Of a DNA stretch of 54,474 nt, positions 53,496 to 54,474 are shown piece after piece. A model generated the notes under the pieces. The model ran no database searches. It saw only the letters and a program-made list of their open reading frames with translations, and was not told the origin of the DNA. The position numbers and the translations under genes were made by a program. The number at the start of each line of letters is the position of its first letter. Position 1 is the first letter of the stretch. The DNA comes from an uncultured archaeon (GTDB taxonomy: Archaea > Aenigmatarchaeota > Aenigmatarchaeia > CG10238-14 > SCSR01): positions 1-54,474 of the forward strand of contig CAZONC010000001.1 in NCBI GenBank assembly GCA_964581305.1. Reading direction: 5' to 3'.

Positions 53496-54474
53496 TATGG
53501 AAATGAAATAACATAGACTTTTGTGCCGGTATTATATGGATTGCCTAATGATTGGAAGGTTATTTTGGATATTTTATTGACAGTTGGTGTATAGATAGAT
53601 TGTGCAAGATACGCTATAGCATTTTCTGGTATATTGTTGTCGCCAAATGAAAATCCTCTTATTCGGCCGCCAGAAAGTCCAAAATCACTAAAAACAATTG
53701 TTACATCATCTCCTGATGGCGGACCTATTGGATAATTTACCCTTCTCGCATAGACACTATCTTCTACCCCTAGTAATTCTTGTGTATAATAGTTAGATTC
53801 ATTCATATCATTATTAATCCATACTCTGGCATTGGAATAAGGTCCGGTGGGATTGCCCATAAAAACTATTCTTGCGAATTTTCCGTCTGTAATATTTAGA
53901 TTGTCTATTTCAATTGTGGTGGATGGTTGAGATAGTTCTACTACTTTATCTGGTGAATATGTTATAACATAGACTTTTGTGCCGGTATTATATGGTTCAT
54001 CTAATGCTTCAAATGTTATTTTGGAGATTCTATTGACAGTTGGTGTATAGACAGTTTGGCCAAAATATGTCTCGAAGTTTGAAGGAATATTGCTCAGAGC
54101 ACTTATTGTAAATAATCTTGCTCTGCCACCAGCGAGTGCCATATCCATGAAAGCAATTGTCGAATCCTCACATGGAAATGGACCGAATGGGCCATTCAAT
54201 CTCACGGCTCCAAAATACGATTCAGCTGCAACTAGTACCTGCATATAATAGTTTGATTCGTTTGTATCACCGTTAATCCACATTCTAGCATCGGAGTAGG
54301 ATCCAGGTGTGCCCATAAAAACTATTCTTGCGAATTTTCCGTCTGTAATATTTAGATTGTCTATTTCAATTGTGGTGGATGGTTGAGATAGTTCTACTAC
54401 TTTATCTGGTGAATATGTTATAACATAGACTTTTGTGCCGGTATTATATGGATTGCCTAATGATTGGAAGGTTA
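53492..54474 (-). CDS. 3' part of a large repeat protein (152-aa tandem modules); the gene continues beyond the window edge
   Basis: The frame stays open from the stop at 53492 to the window end. The Met at 54316 listed by the ORF track is the internal FMG of a repeat. Modules share FARIVFMG.P...YS.AR.WIN.D.NESNYY.Q...YTPTVN.ISKITF..L..PYNTGTKVYVI. Confidence 0.7.
   Translation of the reverse strand, partial: TFQSLGNPYNTGTKVYVITYSPDKVVELSQPSTTIEIDNLNITDGKFARIVFMGTPGSYSDARMWINGDTNESNYYMQVLVAAESYFGAVRLNGPFGPFPCEDSTIAFMDMALAGGRARLFTISALSNIPSNFETYFGQTVYTPTVNRISKITFEALDEPYNTGTKVYVITYSPDKVVELSQPSTTIEIDNLNITDGKFARIVFMGNPTGPYSNARVWINNDMNESNYYTQELLGVEDSVYARRVNYPIGPPSGDDVTIVFSDFGLSGGRIRGFSFGDNNIPENAIAYLAQSIYTPTVNKISKITFQSLGNPYNTGTKVYVISFPY
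53508..54474. repeat. tandem repeat with a 456-nt period (at least 2.1 units inside the window), including a 142-nt perfectly identical block
   Basis: ATAACATAGACTTTTGTGCCGGTATTATATGG recurs at 53508, 53964 and 54420. Segment 53854-53995 is identical to 54310-54451. The cores between these blocks are diverged. Confidence 0.85.

Noticed and set aside
1-54474. CRISPR arrays, IS elements/transposases, integrases, toxin-antitoxin pairs, restriction-modification pairs
   Set aside because: No regularly spaced short direct repeats and no transposase, integrase or methyltransferase-like ORFs were seen on either strand. The only repeats are the pilin 5' duplication, the 15-bp and 11-nt duplications and the 456-nt coding repeat.

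Overview
Visibly AT-rich (about one-third G+C by eye), very tightly packed archaeal chromosome segment. Many genes have ATGA or TAATG start/stop overlaps, and intergenic DNA is almost absent. The gene content is archaeal housekeeping: aRF1, aIF2-gamma, S6e/S8e/L37e, an Sm protein, thermosome, proteasome beta, Orc1/Cdc6, Mre11-Rad50, SMC-ScpAB, aCPSF1, class I LysRS, Dph2 and RpoL. Small protein sizes and short SMC/Rad50 suggest a reduced-genome (DPANN-like) archaeon; this lineage call is inference only. No CRISPR array, transposase or obvious defence island was seen. Items beyond ordinary annotation: (1) aRF1 is split by a 373-aa LAGLIDADG intein exactly at the GGQ loop. The predicted spliced product reads GGM-S rather than GGQ-S, and NVKD rather than NIKS. 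(2) A second eRF1-middle-domain paralog (Vms1/VLRF1-like) has GGSS at the same loop. (3) All four tRNA genes carry introns. tRNA-Ser(GCU) and tRNA-Ile(UAU) each appear to carry two, one in the 5' strand of the anticodon stem. (4) Thymidylate kinase is decayed. (5) An ATP-cone/PD-(D/E)xK nuclease fusion is present. (6) A Tad-like archaeal type IV pilus locus is present, and seven proteins in the window have KG|Q or KG|V class III signal peptides. (7) An unlisted 42-codon Lys/Arg/Trp-rich ORF is translationally coupled to a PflX-like radical SAM gene. (8) A partial gene at the right edge is built of 456-nt tandem units. All calls rest on reading motifs by eye; no searches or folding programs were run.
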